The position numbers were made by a program, and so were the translations under genes. DNA of 64,000 nt from Octopus bimaculoides. Lineage: Eukaryota. Shown piece by piece: positions 1 to 13,048 of the stretch. Under the pieces are notes generated by a model. That model ran no database searches. It was not told the DNA's origin and worked only from the letters and a program-made list of their open reading frames with translations. Each line of letters starts with the position of its first letter. Within the stretch, counting starts at the first letter, position 1. The stretch covers positions 28,172,917 through 28,236,916 of the forward strand of contig NC_069000.1 in assembly GCF_001194135.2 (NCBI RefSeq). The letters are read 5' to 3'.

Positions 1-470
1 GGAAGGGAATAATTATTCATTAAGATATAAGATAATAAGTAATGGACGAACGATAGCATGTAAAAGATTGAGATGCTGTGATACTTTATTTGAATTTCAA
101 TATAATAGCTTGTAAACCGAATCGCTTCCTACATCTGAAACGTATTGTGTAAATTTATCATGTTAAAATTGAAGTGCCTATGATTATTTGCGGAGAAACT
201 TTATTTGAGAGAAAGTAACTCGTCTGAAAATATATTCACATCGCACTAACGTGTAAATTAATATTCGCAATAAATATTTCGATATATTTTCTCTGCGCTT
301 CATATATATAGAATGAAATCGTGGTGAAACAATAAAGCGAATCATGCAATGGGAAATCGGTGGGTTAAAATCTTTGCAATTGCAAAAGACGATTGATATG
401 TTGGTAGAGATTAGTGATGTGTTCATCAGTTATCAGCATGAAGTTCACATTTCATTTAATTATTTCACAG

Positions 471-500
471 ATGTTGTGCAACAGGACGAGCGTCCTAAAG
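471..500 (+). CDS. Microexon A, unit 1 (DVVQQDERPK)
   Basis: tttcacag|30 nt|gtgaga. Confidence 0.9.
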
Positions 501-895
501 GTGAGAGAACTTCAGTTTACGAACTTATCTCGATAGATCTAGCTTTCTATTTAACTACCTCACTATAACTTGTTTGGAAATACGTAACGTATTAATCGAA
601 ATGAATCTTGTTTAGTTGAGATATGCTTGTAATATACAAAATTTGACGTCGCTTTTACCAAAAGTTACTGTTTGTTGCCCCTGTGTAAATGATGGAAGTG
701 AACATATATTGTCACATCGAAGTCAAGATAATGTATTGCCCTGCATTTTATTGCAAACTTTATGAAATATATCTTTAAAATAGGTATATGTATTTTTGTG
801 AATGAATGTTTGGTTATCTTCCTAACTCTATGTAAATATATTATATCCGTATGTGGTGTAAAAGCTGATGATATTGTCTTTCCTTCCATATTCAG

Positions 896-925
896 AACAA
901 CCATCTGAGGCCGATGCCACAGTTG
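896..925 (+). CDS. Microexon B, unit 1 (EQPSEADATV)
   Basis: tattcag|30 nt|gtaagt. Confidence 0.9.
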
Positions 926-1264
926 GTAAGTGTCTCCTAAATTGGTACCGTTTTAATGTAACAAATCTCTATGATTACCAGTTATAGTACATCATTATTA
1001 ATTATATTGTGGGAGTTGTACTAGAAAAATAATCGCTCATTTAATAACTTATTGTTGCGGATTTCTTTTATATAGAAATTGCCGAATTTCTACATAACAT
1101 TTTCAAGTTAAACTATATTAACAAAATTGATAGAAATATTTCTCTACGCATTTTCGTCCGTCACGTCCTTGCTAATATTTAATTGTATCAAACGTCATTA
1201 AAAATCTTGACTGTTGCGAAATGGCCGACGACATAGTTAACGATTTACGTTTTGAATTTCACAG

Positions 1265-1294
1265 AAATTATCAGAGAAACCGAAACTCGCATAG
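1265..1294 (+). CDS. Microexon C, unit 1 (EIIRETETRI)
   Basis: tttcacag|30 nt|gtaaga. Confidence 0.9.
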   Translation, partial: KLSEKPKLA

Positions 1295-1655
1295 GTAAGA
1301 AGATTTGATATTATGGCATAGAGTTACTTAAAATTCAATATATACTGTCCGCATATTTTCCTGTATAAATGTTTTCTCTTAAATTCGCGAATTAATTCTG
1401 AATTTGTTTAGTGAACGTCGGAGCTTTATCAAATAATCATAAATCTGTATTGAATACATAATGATGCTCCATTCAACTACAGACCGAATATGTAACGTTA
1501 ACGTATGAGTGTATCAGTGTAATAAAAGCATTTTACAGAGATCATATGTGGTCTGTTACTTAAGAAGACATATGAACAAACATTTACACATTATATATTT
1601 TCCTATCGAATAATTGAACAACATGCCTATTGTACTTTATTTTGATTTCGTTCAG

Positions 1656-1685
1656 AAAAACCATCTGAAGTTGAATCTACCGTTG
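1656..1685 (+). CDS. Microexon D, unit 1 (EKPSEVESTV)
   Basis: ttcgttcag|30 nt|gtgagt. Confidence 0.9.
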
Positions 1686-3134
1686 GTGAGTCTAATATGC
1701 AATAATTTCATTCGCTTTCAACGTTTAGGCTTACCGTCAATTGTCAGGTATATTAGAAATTGCTAGCTAAAGAAAGTCACGCAAAAATATATTTCATTAC
1801 ACTTAACACAGCCTACTTACACACATACATTCATATGATCACACTGCATGCTATTACGAAAGAAATCAAACAGAGGCACTGATTCCTGGTCCGGATTTAC
1901 ATGAAAAATTTCCATATACTACGCTGCAGAATTGGCGAGCTATCGAGCCATATATGCTATATTAAGAAGGAACACTATATAATACGCAACCCCATTTCCA
2001 ATTCTTTCCATGTCGCACCATATCGTCTTCAGTGTGGTTGTATATTAGACCATTAATGCCCAATTTCTTTTGTTTAATTTATTACCAACAATTCTTATTT
2101 ATACGACTTTATCTCATTCTAAATATATAAAATATATCTTTATTACAATATTTGAATTACATTCCGATGTAGATGACGAACTAAAGTTATCTAAAAGGAA
2201 TACAGGTTTTGCAGAAATATGTTAGATTATCGTTCTGGTCGTTAAAAAAGGACCATGGGGCTAATAGTTTAAGATTGTTGAAAATGCAGAACACTCAGAA
2301 ATATATCCGTGATTTTTTCCACATTGCATTGCGCTTTCTCCACACTCGTGTTTGCTTTGCGAATTTCAAACGTGCTACTTAGCAGTTGCTGGTGTCAAAT
2401 GTTTCGTCGCTTCGTTGTGACAGTTTATTTGTTCCATTTCTTTCATCGTCGTTCAAACGTCTGAATTTCAAAATAGCTGGTAGTATTAGAGAACAGTGAG
2501 CAAACGGAAATACGAGAAATTTTCGAGAATATATTAGACTCGTGTAAAGTTTTTGAAGAATGAACTTGTTTGTAATGTGAAGAAAACGTACTTTTATATC
2601 AATTAAACGCGTGACATATTGCTTCCGTTCAACACATGTATTCTTTGCAGGTTGTATAGCAAAGTGGCAGTTAAACACATTAGTAGCTGCAAAAGAAAAC
2701 AGAAACTAATATGTACATTAAACACACAGACAGACACAACTGCATGTTGGCTTACATACTGACATTTGACATGAGACAATTTCATTCTCGTATGGAAGGT
2801 GGCTATTCCATTTAATATCCTGACTTACACACCGAATTATATATATTAGTAATTACATAATTACCAAAACTTACGAATTTGTCGTATTTGTTACGTAAAT
2901 TAACATTATTTAAAATATAAAAATCATGCGGAAAAGTCCGAGGAGATCGCGATTATATATAGCTGAAATGATTTTTCGCATGGATGATGCAGCAAACTCA
3001 TATTGTCTACACATGTGATTAGAAGGAAGACGTGTAAACGTGAAAAGTGCAACAATGTACAAAATAAACTGCATATATATATATGTGTGTTTGTGTGTGT
3101 TTGTGTGTGTGTGTCTGTGTGGGTGTGCTTATGG

Positions 3135-3189
<55 letters not shown>

Positions 3190-3349
3190 CATTCCTACAT
3201 GTATATATTACTGAAAATATGAGGTGATTTTGAGAAAATTTCAGATCTACAAGACGTAGTTAGCTAATATTCTTCCCTATGTAATTGCCACATAAGTATG
3301 CATTCTTCTTCAAAGCAGCTTTCCAAATATTTAATTACATATTTCATAG

Positions 3350-3379
3350 AAGTTGTAACAGAAAATGTAACGCGCACAG
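3350..3379 (+). CDS. Microexon E, unit 1 (EVVTENVTRT)
   Basis: tttcatag|30 nt|gtaagc. Confidence 0.85.
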
Positions 3380-3711
3380 GTAAGCTGCCGAAGAATCTTT
3401 TCTCGTGATGTGTACCAATAAGCTAGATATGTAACATATATTTCGACGTTAATTCTGTAGTAAAATGAAAGCAAAATTCCTCCGACTAATCAATTTATAT
3501 TTCTTTCATGTAAGCTTTTTCGATTCTGTTAAAATATGACGATAGGTTTGTAAAATGTTTCCTTGAATTGGGGTAACTGGATTAGTGTCGTAAATTTATT
3601 ATTTGAAAACCACTTATTCTATACGAGTTCAATATATTTAATAGTTGTCTGTCATAATAAATAGTGTGATGTAAGTGTTGAGGATTTATATTTACGTTTG
3701 CCTTTCTCTAG

Positions 3712-3741
3712 AAACTCGTTCTCAAGTGGAGTCTACAGTTG
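3712..3741 (+). CDS. Microexon F, unit 1 (ETRSQVESTV)
   Basis: tttctctag|30 nt|gtgagt. Confidence 0.9.
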
Positions 3742-4291
3742 GTGAGTGAGAGATTATTTTCGTGATTTCCTGCTTACGCTTGTTGCTGAGTTACCTTAGA
3801 GAAGTCTTCAAAAATCTTGTTGAAAGGGTATAATTATTCATGAAGAAATAAGTTAATAATTAATGGACGAACGATAGCATGTAAAATATTGAGACGCTGT
3901 GATACTTTATTTGCATTTCAATATAATAGCTTGTAAACCGAGTCGCATTCTACATCTCAAACATATTGTGTAAATTTATCATGTTAGAATTGAATTGCCC
4001 ATGATTATTTGCAGAGAAACTTTATTTGAAAGAAAGTAACTCGTCTGAAAATATATTCACATCGCACTAACGTGTAAATTAATAATAGCAATAAATATTT
4101 CGATATATTTTCTCTGCGCTTCATATATATAGAATGAATTCGTACTGAAAGAATAAAGCGAATCATGCAATGGGAAATCGGTGGCTGAAAATCTGTGCAA
4201 TTGCAAAACAAGATTGATATATTGGTAGAGATTAGTGATGTGTTCATCAGTTCTCAGCATGAAATTCACATTTCATTTAATTATTTCACAG

Positions 4292-4321
4292 ATGTTGTGC
4301 AACAGGACGAGCGTCCTAAAG
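4292..4321 (+). CDS. Microexon A, unit 2 (DVVQQDERPK)
   Basis: tttcacag|30 nt|gtgaga. Confidence 0.9.
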
Positions 4322-4717
4322 GTGAGAGAACTTCAGTTTACGAACTTATCTCGATAGATCTAGCTTTCTATTTATCTCCCTAACTATTACTTCATTGGAA
4401 ATGCGTAACGTTTTAATCGAAATGAATCTAGTATAGTTGATATATGCTTGTAATATATGAAATTTGACGTCGCTTTTACCAAATGTTACTCTTTGTTGTC
4501 TCCCTTCTATATGATGGAAGTGAACATATATTGTCGCATTGAATTTAAGATAATATATTTCTTGCATTTTATTGTAAATCCTTATGAGATATATCTTTAA
4601 AATAAGTATGTGTATTTTTGTGAATGAATGTTTGGTTATCTTCCTAACTCTGTCTATGTATATTATATCTGTATGTGGTGTAATAGCTGATGATATTGTC
4701 TTTCATTCACTATTCAG

Positions 4718-4747
4718 AACAACCATCTGAGGCCGAAGCCACAGTTG
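4718..4747 (+). CDS. Microexon B, unit 2 (EQPSEAEATV)
   Basis: tattcag|30 nt|gtaagt. Confidence 0.9.
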
Positions 4748-5229
4748 GTAAGTGTCTCCTAATTTGGCTACGTTTTAATGTAACAAATCTCTATGATTAC
4801 TAGTTATAGTACATCATTATTAACTTTGAATTTACTATATATTGTGGGACGTGTACTAGAAACATCATCGCTCAGTTAATAACTTAATGTTGCGGTTTTC
4901 TTTTATATAGAAATTATACTCTCCGCGTATTCTCCTGTACAAATGTTTTCTCGTAAATTCGTGAATCAATTCTGAATTCGTTTAGTGAACTCTGGAGTTT
5001 TATCAAATAACTATAGATCTATATTGAAAACACAAACATGCTCCATTCAACTACAGATTGAATATGTGATGTTAACTAATGAGCGCATCATTGTTAGGAA
5101 TGCATTTTGCAGAGATCATATGTCGTCTATTACTTAAGAATAAATTTGAACAAATATTCACACTTTATATCATTTTCTGTCAAATAATTTAGCAGCATGC
5201 TTATCGTAGTTTATTTTGATTTCGTTCAG

Positions 5230-5259
5230 AAAAACCTTCTGCTGTTGAATCTACTGTTG
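5230..5259 (+). CDS. Microexon D, unit 2 (EKPSAVESTV)
   Basis: ttcgttcag|30 nt|gtgagt; exon C of this unit is deleted. Confidence 0.88.
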
Positions 5260-5551
5260 GTGAGTCTAATATGCAATAATTTCATTCGCTTTCAACGCTT
5301 AGGCTTACTGTCAATTGTCAGGTGTATATCAGATATTGCTAGCTAAAAAACGTCACGCAAAAATATATTTCATTACACCTAACACAGCCTACTTACACAT
5401 ATACATTGATATCATCACACTGCATACTATTACAAAGACAATCAAATAGAGGCATTGATTCCTGCTCCGCATTGACTTATAAAGTTTGTACGTATATCAT
5501 TTCTGTATGTGTTGTAAAATCTGATGATATTGTCTTTCATTCCATATTCAG

Positions 5552-5581
5552 AACAACCATCTGAGGCCGAAGCCACAGTTG
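5552..5581 (+). CDS. Microexon B, unit 3 (EQPSEAEATV)
   Basis: catattcag|30 nt|gtaagt. Confidence 0.88.
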
Positions 5582-5914
5582 GTAAGTGTCTCCTGATTTG
5601 ATTTCGTGTCAATTTAAGGAATCTTTTATGATTAGTAGTCGTAGTATATCACTATTAACTATGAAATTATTATGCATACTAAGATGTGTATGAGAACAAT
5701 AATCACCCAGTTTATATGTTGTTCTTTTTCATATGGTAATTACTGAATGACTATGAGTAATTTCATATTCAATTATATTAACAAATTTGATAGAAATTTT
5801 ACCGATATATTTGCGTGTCCTTGGTAACATTGACTGTATAAAGCCTCATTAAGAAGTGTTTCCTTTATAATATGGCCGAAGAGATAGTTAACATTTACGT
5901 TTTCAATTTCACAG

Positions 5915-5944
5915 GAATTATTAGAGAAAACGAATCTCGCATAG
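5915..5944 (+). pseudogene. Inactivated microexon C, unit 3 (donor lost)
   Basis: Followed by GAAAGC where the other C copies have GTAAGC/GTAAGA. Confidence 0.8.
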
Positions 5945-6300
5945 GAAAGCACTTTTGATATAACGGCGCAGTATTACGTAAAATACAATAAATATTTTGC
6001 ACATATATTTATGTATATAATTCTCTGGTAAATTCGTGATAACGTCCTTCGAAAGACTTAGTGAGCATCCGATTTTGTCCAAATATTCGTAAAGTCATTA
6101 TTACAGTCATAAATATGTTCCATTCAACTACAGCTAGAATATGTATTGTTAATATATGTCAGCGTCATTGTAAGAATTGCTTTTAGCAAAAGGTCTTAGG
6201 TGTTCTGTTACATAAGAAGAAAATTGAACATTTACACATACCATTTCCCGTCGAATGATTTATCAATGTGATCATTGTAGTTTATTTTAATTTCGTCCAG

Positions 6301-6330
6301 AAAAACCGTCTGAAGTTGAACCTACTGTTG
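6301..6330 (+). CDS. Microexon D, unit 3 (EKPSEVEPTV)
   Basis: ttcgtccag|30 nt|gtgagt. Confidence 0.88.
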
Positions 6331-7504
6331 GTGAGTGTAATTTTTAAGGATTTCATTCGCTTTCAATGTTTGGCTTTTCAGTCAATTGTCAGGTATATTA
6401 GATGTATATTATTGCAAGCTAAGCCAAGTCACGCAAAAATACATTTGACTATGCCTAATTCTCCCTACTTACACATGCATCGATATGCAGCGTCCTGCAT
6501 GCAATCATACACAACATCAAATAAAGAGCCTGCTATGTAGTCGTGATTTATATGACAAATCTCCATATGCTACCCTCCAGATGTTATGCACTGTCAAGCC
6601 GTAACCGCTGTACTTAGGCCTGTCCCGATATAACATAGAACCCCAGTCCAAATTATTTACATATTGTACCATATCATGTTGAAAGTGTCTTGTATATTAA
6701 AAGTTCTGAAAATGCAGAATACTCAAGAATATGTTACTTTCACATTGTATCGCGCTTTCTTTACACTCGTCTTCGTTTTGCGAATTTTCAATCTGATTAT
6801 CGGTTGTTGGTGTCATATGTTTCTTTGCTTCGTTGTGACAGTTGATTTGCTTCTTTTGCTTTACCGTTGTCTCCACGTCTCTATTTCAAATTATCCGGTA
6901 ATATTACAGATGGATGTGTGTAGTATAATAAGAAAATAATGCGAGTCTAAAGTGCACAACTATAAAGTGCTTGGGGAATTTATTTGTCTGCAAGACGAGG
7001 ATGATTGACATTTGCACGACGTAGAGCAAAGTGATATTTGCACACAATAGCAGCTGGAAGAGAAATACTATAACTCAATATTGAAAACACAAATGTACAA
7101 ATGCAGATTTTTTTAAACAGTAACAATTCTCATTAGGCTATTTCTTACTACAATTAACTGTAAAGTTTCCATTTAATATACTGATTTACATGCCGAATTT
7201 TTTATAACTGTATCCGTATACTATGTTAATAAATATGACTTGATATATAGAAATCATGTAGAAAATTCCTAGGAAATTGCGATTATAGATATGCAGAATC
7301 ATATAGTGTAAACATCTGAATAGATGTCTTGTAATTGCTCACATATATCTCATATTGGCCAGAGTATAAAACGACAATTAACCAAGATGGTGAATATCTA
7401 GAAATGTTTGCCCCTTTGCTTTGACATATGCTAATAATTGCGTCAATGATTGTGTCCAGCTTCGCTATGTAAATGGAAATTTAGGATTACTAAATTAATT
7501 AATG

Positions 7505-7530
7505 CTTCGTGGAAGTAGAATCTATAGTTG
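7505..7530 (+). pseudogene. Truncated microexon F remnant (acceptor and exon E deleted)
   Basis: ...ggaagtagaatctatagttg|gtgagtgaga matches the 3' part of F; the upstream sequence is D-E intron with no in-frame acceptor. Confidence 0.75.
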
Positions 7531-8043
7531 GTGAGTGAGAGATTATTTTCCTGATTTCCTGCTTATGCTTGTCGCTGAGTTTCCTTAGAGACGTCTTCCT
7601 ATATATTTGCGGAAAGAGAATAATATTTCATTATGAAATAAGCTTGTGAGTAATAGAAGAACGATAGCGTGTAAATGTTTGAGATGTTTTGCTTTATCGC
7701 ATTTCAATAATATTTTTTGTAAAATTTCTCGTTTCCTTAATCTCAATTACACTGTTTAAATTTATAGTTTAACTAAAATTTAAGTGTGTATGATTGATTA
7801 GATAGACATATTAACTGAGACAAAGAAACTTGTTTCGAAATATATTCACTTGACATTATTTTGTCAAATAGTGATCGCCATATATATTTCGATATATTTT
7901 CTCTCACTTCATATATATGAAATGAAAGTGAACTGAAGGAATAAGGCGAATCATACAATGTGAATTCAGTAGGTAAACAGTATTGAAATTGCAAAGTTTG
8001 ATTGGTTGGCATAAAATTGACATTTCATTCAATAATTTCAACA

Positions 8044-8073
8044 ATGTTGTGCAACAAGACTAGCGTCCTAATT
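8044..8073 (+). pseudogene. Inactivated microexon A, unit 4 (acceptor lost, in-frame TAG)
   Basis: Preceded by tttcaaca instead of tttcacag; GAC GAG changed to GAC TAG at 8061-8063. Confidence 0.85.
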
Positions 8074-8421
8074 GTAAGAGTGCTTCTGTTTACGAGTATA
8101 GATCGATATGCTTAAATTTCTATTTAACTACATAATGGTCTTGCGAAATTAATGTAGTATAGTTGATAATTTGTAATTGTATAAAGTTCTAGATCACTTT
8201 TACCAACCGCTCCTATTTAAAACCACCTATTCAGATGATGGAACTGATTCATAATAATAAATTTTGCGGAATTTTATTGCGTATCTTTATAAAACATCTT
8301 CCAAAAGAGGAAAGTGTAGTTTTGAGAATGAATCTTTGGTCACTTGCTGACATCTGTCTACGTATATGTTATCTGATTACGGCATAAAATCTGATGACAT
8401 TGTCTTTCATTCCATATTCAG

Positions 8422-8451
8422 AACAACCTACTGAGGCCGAAGCAACAGTCG
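8422..8451 (+). CDS. Microexon B, unit 4 (EQPTEAEATV)
   Basis: catattcag|30 nt|gtaagt. Confidence 0.88.
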
Positions 8452-8798
8452 GTAAGTGTGTCCTCAATCGATTCCGTATAAATTTAAGTAATCTCATATA
8501 ATTAGTCGTAGTATATAGTTATGAATTTTGAAATTATCATACATGCTAGGAGGTGTATAAGAGCAATAAACGCCCAGTTTCTAAGTTGCTTTTATGTTTT
8601 TCTTTCATATAGTAATTACCGAATTCTTATGTAATTTTTTCATATTCAGTTACATTGACAAAATCGATAGAAAAGTTTATCCATCTATTTGCGTGTCACC
8701 TCCTTGGTAACATTTAAGTATGTAAAGCCTGATTAAGAAATGCTCCCTTTACAATATGGTCGAAGAAATAGTTAACGTTTACGTTTTCAATTTTACAG

Positions 8799-8828
8799 AA
8801 ATTGTTAGAGAGACCGTAACTTGCATAG
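8799..8828 (+). CDS. Microexon C, unit 4 (EIVRETVTCI)
   Basis: ttttacag|30 nt|gtaagc. Confidence 0.85.
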
Positions 8829-9199
8829 GTAAGCACTTTTGATATAACAGCATAATATTACTTAATATACAATACATACTCTCCGCATATTGTCATGCTT
8901 AAAAATCTCTCGTAAATTCGTGATAATGTCCTTCAAATGCCTTCTAATTGGCTTCAGTGAGCAGCCGATTCTCTCCAAATATTCGTAAAATCTATATTGT
9001 AGTCATAAACATGTCCCATTCAACTATAGATAGAACATGTATTAACATATGTGAGTGTCATTGCCAGAAATGCATTTAACAAAAGATCATAGGTGTTCTG
9101 TCACATAAGAAGAAATTTGAACAAATATTTACACATTATATCATTTTCCGTCGAATGATTTAGCAACGTGTTTATTGTAGTTTATTTATTTTCGTTCAG

Positions 9200-9229
9200 A
9201 AAAACCATCTGAAGTTGAATCTACTGTTG
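9200..9229 (+). CDS. Microexon D, unit 4 (EKPSEVESTV)
   Basis: ttcgttcag|30 nt|gtgagt. Confidence 0.9.
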
Positions 9230-10387
9230 GTGAGTCTAATTTGCAAGGATTTCATTCGCTTTCAATGTTCGGCTTTTCTGTCAATTGTCAGGATTATTAG
9301 AGGTATATTATTGCAAGCTAAACCATGCCACGCAAAAATACATTTGATTAAACCTAATTCTCCCTTGTTACACATGCATCGATATGCAGTGTCCTGCATG
9401 CAATCATACACAACATCAAATAGAGACACTGTTATGTAGTCCTAATTTATATGAGAAATCTCCACATGCTACCACCCAGAAGTGATGCACAATCAAGCCG
9501 TAAATCCTATACTGAGTCCTGTCTCAATATAACAAGCAAACCCAGTCCAAATTATTTACATATCGTACCATATCATGTTGAATGTGGCTATTATATTAAA
9601 ACTCCTTAAAATTCAGAATACGCCAAAATATTTTCATGTTATCTTCACGCTTTCTTTTCACTCGCCTTTGTTTGGTGAATTTTCAACGTTCTGATTATCA
9701 GTCGTTGGTGTCAAATGTTTCTTTGCTTCGGTGTGACAGATAATTTGAGCTTTTACTTTTACTTTTACACTCATCTCAACGATTCTATTTCGAATTATTT
9801 CCGGTAATATTAAGGATGGTTTCCTGTAATATAAAAGGAAAATAATATGAATATAAAGTAAATACTTATAAATTTTTTGAGAAATTAATAATTTGTTTGT
9901 AAGACAAAGATGATTGACTTTTGCACGATATAGAGCAAAGAGATATTTACTCACATATTAGGAGCTGGAAAAGAAATACTATTGCACACAATATTGAAAA
10001 CACCAAAATATACATATGCAGACTTGTTTCAACAATTACATTGGCCATGTAGCTTTTTGTGACCCCAAATAACAGTAAAGTTTCCATTTCATATACTGAT
10101 TTACATGCCGAAAGTTATATATCGATATTTGCATAATTTCATAAATTTGTAATGTTGTCGTATTTGTGATGCTAATAAATATGATTAGAAATATAGAAAT
10201 CATACAGAAAAGTCAACGGTAATTGCGATTATAGATAGATAAAACATTCTTTAGTATGTATGGTGTAGCAAAGTTATATTGTGTAAACATCTGATTAGAT
10301 GTTTTGTAATTGCCCACATTTTTATTATATTGGTCAGGGAATGAAACGTTTATTAATGACGAAGGTGATGATGAATGTATATATATA

Positions 10388-11117
10388 TATATGCTCGACT
10401 ACTAGTCGATCTCATGTACAACTCCACCTACTATTTTTGTCCCAAAAATTGGAAATTTTCCATAGACCCCATATAAAAGTCGACCCTAGTATTTCACGAG
10501 CAACAGGACAATATTTGTGGGTTAAAGTACCATATTATCTTCTATGTAGAAATAACATTTTTACAAAATTTTGTGACTACTTTGCCGTAGCCTGGTCTAT
10601 AGTTGGAATGCCTTTTGCTTATAATGTAATGTTCGGTGCTTACCGTGAAACACCATTTAATAGCGACCACTACACATCTGTTGATATGTGCTACATTACC
10701 ATTTCTAAAATGCATGCACAGGATATACTGCGAGCTTGCATACAAATTTAAGCACACTAAACTCGTTCATCATACACTCGTTGTTTACATGGTGAGAAAC
10801 GTGTTTCGCAAACTGCACTATTGTCCAATATTGGCAAATGCCATAGTCTGAATTCGTACAAATGCATGACTTTGGTAAGCATAAAACTATTCAATTAATC
10901 GTTATATTTTACTAGGATGTGTGTTTCAATGCGTAGAATTGATACTATAAGTGTAATTCATTGTGTTATTCCTTTTATTCGCTTAGTGAACAATTGGACA
11001 TCTGTGCTCATGCGGCAATTCGGATCTGGCTTGATTTTCAGCTCCTCAAAAGTAGTATTCTTATAATAGTGGACCCTATAAATTTGACCTAAAAAAATGG
11101 CCTAAAGATTGACATAA
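10388..11117. mobile_element. Non-autonomous pogo/Tc2-like DNA element, copy 1 (right end truncated), in the D-E intron of unit 4
   Basis: Homologous to 14575-15241; contains gtcgaccc subterminal motifs; starts in a (TA)n tract. Confidence 0.6.
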
Positions 11118-11320
11118 GTTTATGAGTAATAGAAGAATGATAGCATGTAAATATTTGAGATATTTTGCTTTATTGCATTTCAATAATATTCTTTATAAAT
11201 TTTGTTACTTAGAAACCGTAGTTAGCTAATGTGATTCTCCGTATAATCGCCACTTAAGTATGCATTCTGTTGTAAAGCATCTTTCGAAATATTTAGCTAC
11301 ATATTTCGTTAATTTCACAG

Positions 11321-11350
11321 ACGTCGTAATAGAAAAAGTAACTCGTGCAG
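11321..11350 (+). CDS. Microexon E, unit 4 (DVVIEKVTRA)
   Basis: tttcacag|30 nt|gtaagc. Confidence 0.87.
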
Positions 11351-11728
11351 GTAAGCTACTGAAGAATTTATGCCTGATGCGTATCTTCAAACTCAATATA
11401 TAATAAATATTTCTGTGATAATTGTTTATTAATCTGAAAGCGAAATTCTACCGATTGATATTTTTTTCAAATAAACATTTTCCATTCTAGTAAATTGCAC
11501 TGATTAATAATTTCTTCATATAAACATTTTCCATTCTAATGAAGTGTGATGATGGGTTTCTATGCGTTTTATGATGGTTTGGCTATCGGATTAGATTTTG
11601 TATATTTATTCTACGAAAAGCTCTCACAGCTATTCTATAAGAGTTGAATATATTTTTATTGCCTGATACTCATATATTCTGTGTGATGTAAATTTTGAAG
11701 GAATATATTTACGTTTGCCTTTCTCTAG

Positions 11729-11758
11729 AAGCACTTTCTGCAGTGGAATCTACAGTTG
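11729..11758 (+). CDS. Microexon F, unit 4 (EALSAVESTV)
   Basis: tttctctag|30 nt|gtgagt. Confidence 0.87.
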
Positions 11759-12298
11759 GTGAGTGAGAGATTATTTTCGTGATTTCTTGCTTATGCTTGT
11801 CGTTGAGTTTCCTCAGAGAAGTCTTCTAATGTGCTTGCGGAAAGAAAATAATGGTTCATTATGTAATAGGTTTATGAGTAATAGAAGAACGATAGCGTGT
11901 AAATGTTTGAGATGTTTTGCTTTGTCGCATTTCAATAATATTTTTTGCAAATTTTGTCGACTACTGAATCTGAATTACACCGTTTATATATATATATATA
12001 TATATGGTTTAATTAAAGTTTAAGTGTGTAGGATTGATTAGATGGAGATATTAATTGAGAGACAGAAACACATTTCGAAATATATTCATAATACAGTTCT
12101 GTGTAAAATAGTAATCGTAATAAACATTTCGATATATTTCCTTTGCACTTGATACATACAATATGAAATCGAACTGAAGGAATAAGGGGAATCATACAAT
12201 CTGAATTCAGTGGGTAAACAGTATTGAAATTTTAAAGTTTGATTGGTATATTTTCGCGATAAGATTTTAGTTATCAATTAAGTATTGGTATAGAATTG

Positions 12299-12328
12299 AT
12301 GTTGTGCAACAGGACGAGCGTCCTAAAG
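12299..12328 (+). pseudogene. Probably inactivated microexon A, unit 5 (acceptor deleted)
   Basis: Exon sequence is intact but preceded by tagaattg rather than tttcacag; the nearest upstream AGs give 35 or 58 nt (out of frame); donor is GTGGGA. Confidence 0.75.
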
Positions 12329-12669
12329 GTGGGAGAGCTTCTGTTTTCGGATACATGTCGATAAGCCTAAATTTATATTTACCTACATATATATCATGTT
12401 TCTGCGAGTGCGACATCACATTTGTCAAATGTTACTGCTTGAAGGCACCAATTGAAATAATGAAACCTAATGTGGATTGCCGCAATGAAAGCACTTTGAA
12501 TTCATAATATATTTTGCGGAATTTTATTGCAAATCTTTATAAAACCTCTCTGAAAAGAAGAAAGTGTAGTGTTGAGAATGAATCTTTAGTTATTTGCTTA
12601 CGTCTGTCTACGTATATGATATCTGTATACGGTAAAGTCTGACGATATTGTGTTTCTTTCCATATTCAG

Positions 12670-12699
12670 AACAACCATCTGGCGTCGAAGCCACAGTTG
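12670..12699 (+). CDS. Microexon B, unit 5 (EQPSGVEATV)
   Basis: catattcag|30 nt|gtaagt. Confidence 0.9.
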
Positions 12700-13048
12700 G
12701 TAAGTGTTTCCTCATTCGATTCCGAGTAAATTTAAGTAATCTCTTATAATTCTTAGTTGTAGTATATCGTTATTAATTTCAATAATATTGTACATCTTAG
12801 GAGGTGTATGAGAATAATAATCATCCAGGTTCTGAGTAGTTTTTATGGTTTTCTTTCATATAATAATTACTGAATTTCTATCTAATATTTTCATATTCAA
12901 TTATATTAACTAAATCGATAGAAATTTTACCGATGTATTTGCCTGTCACCTCCTCGGTAACATTTAATTGTGTAAAGCCTGATTAAGAAACGCTCCCTTT
13001 ACATTATGGCCGACAAGGTAGTTAACGTTTACGTTTTCAATTTCACAG

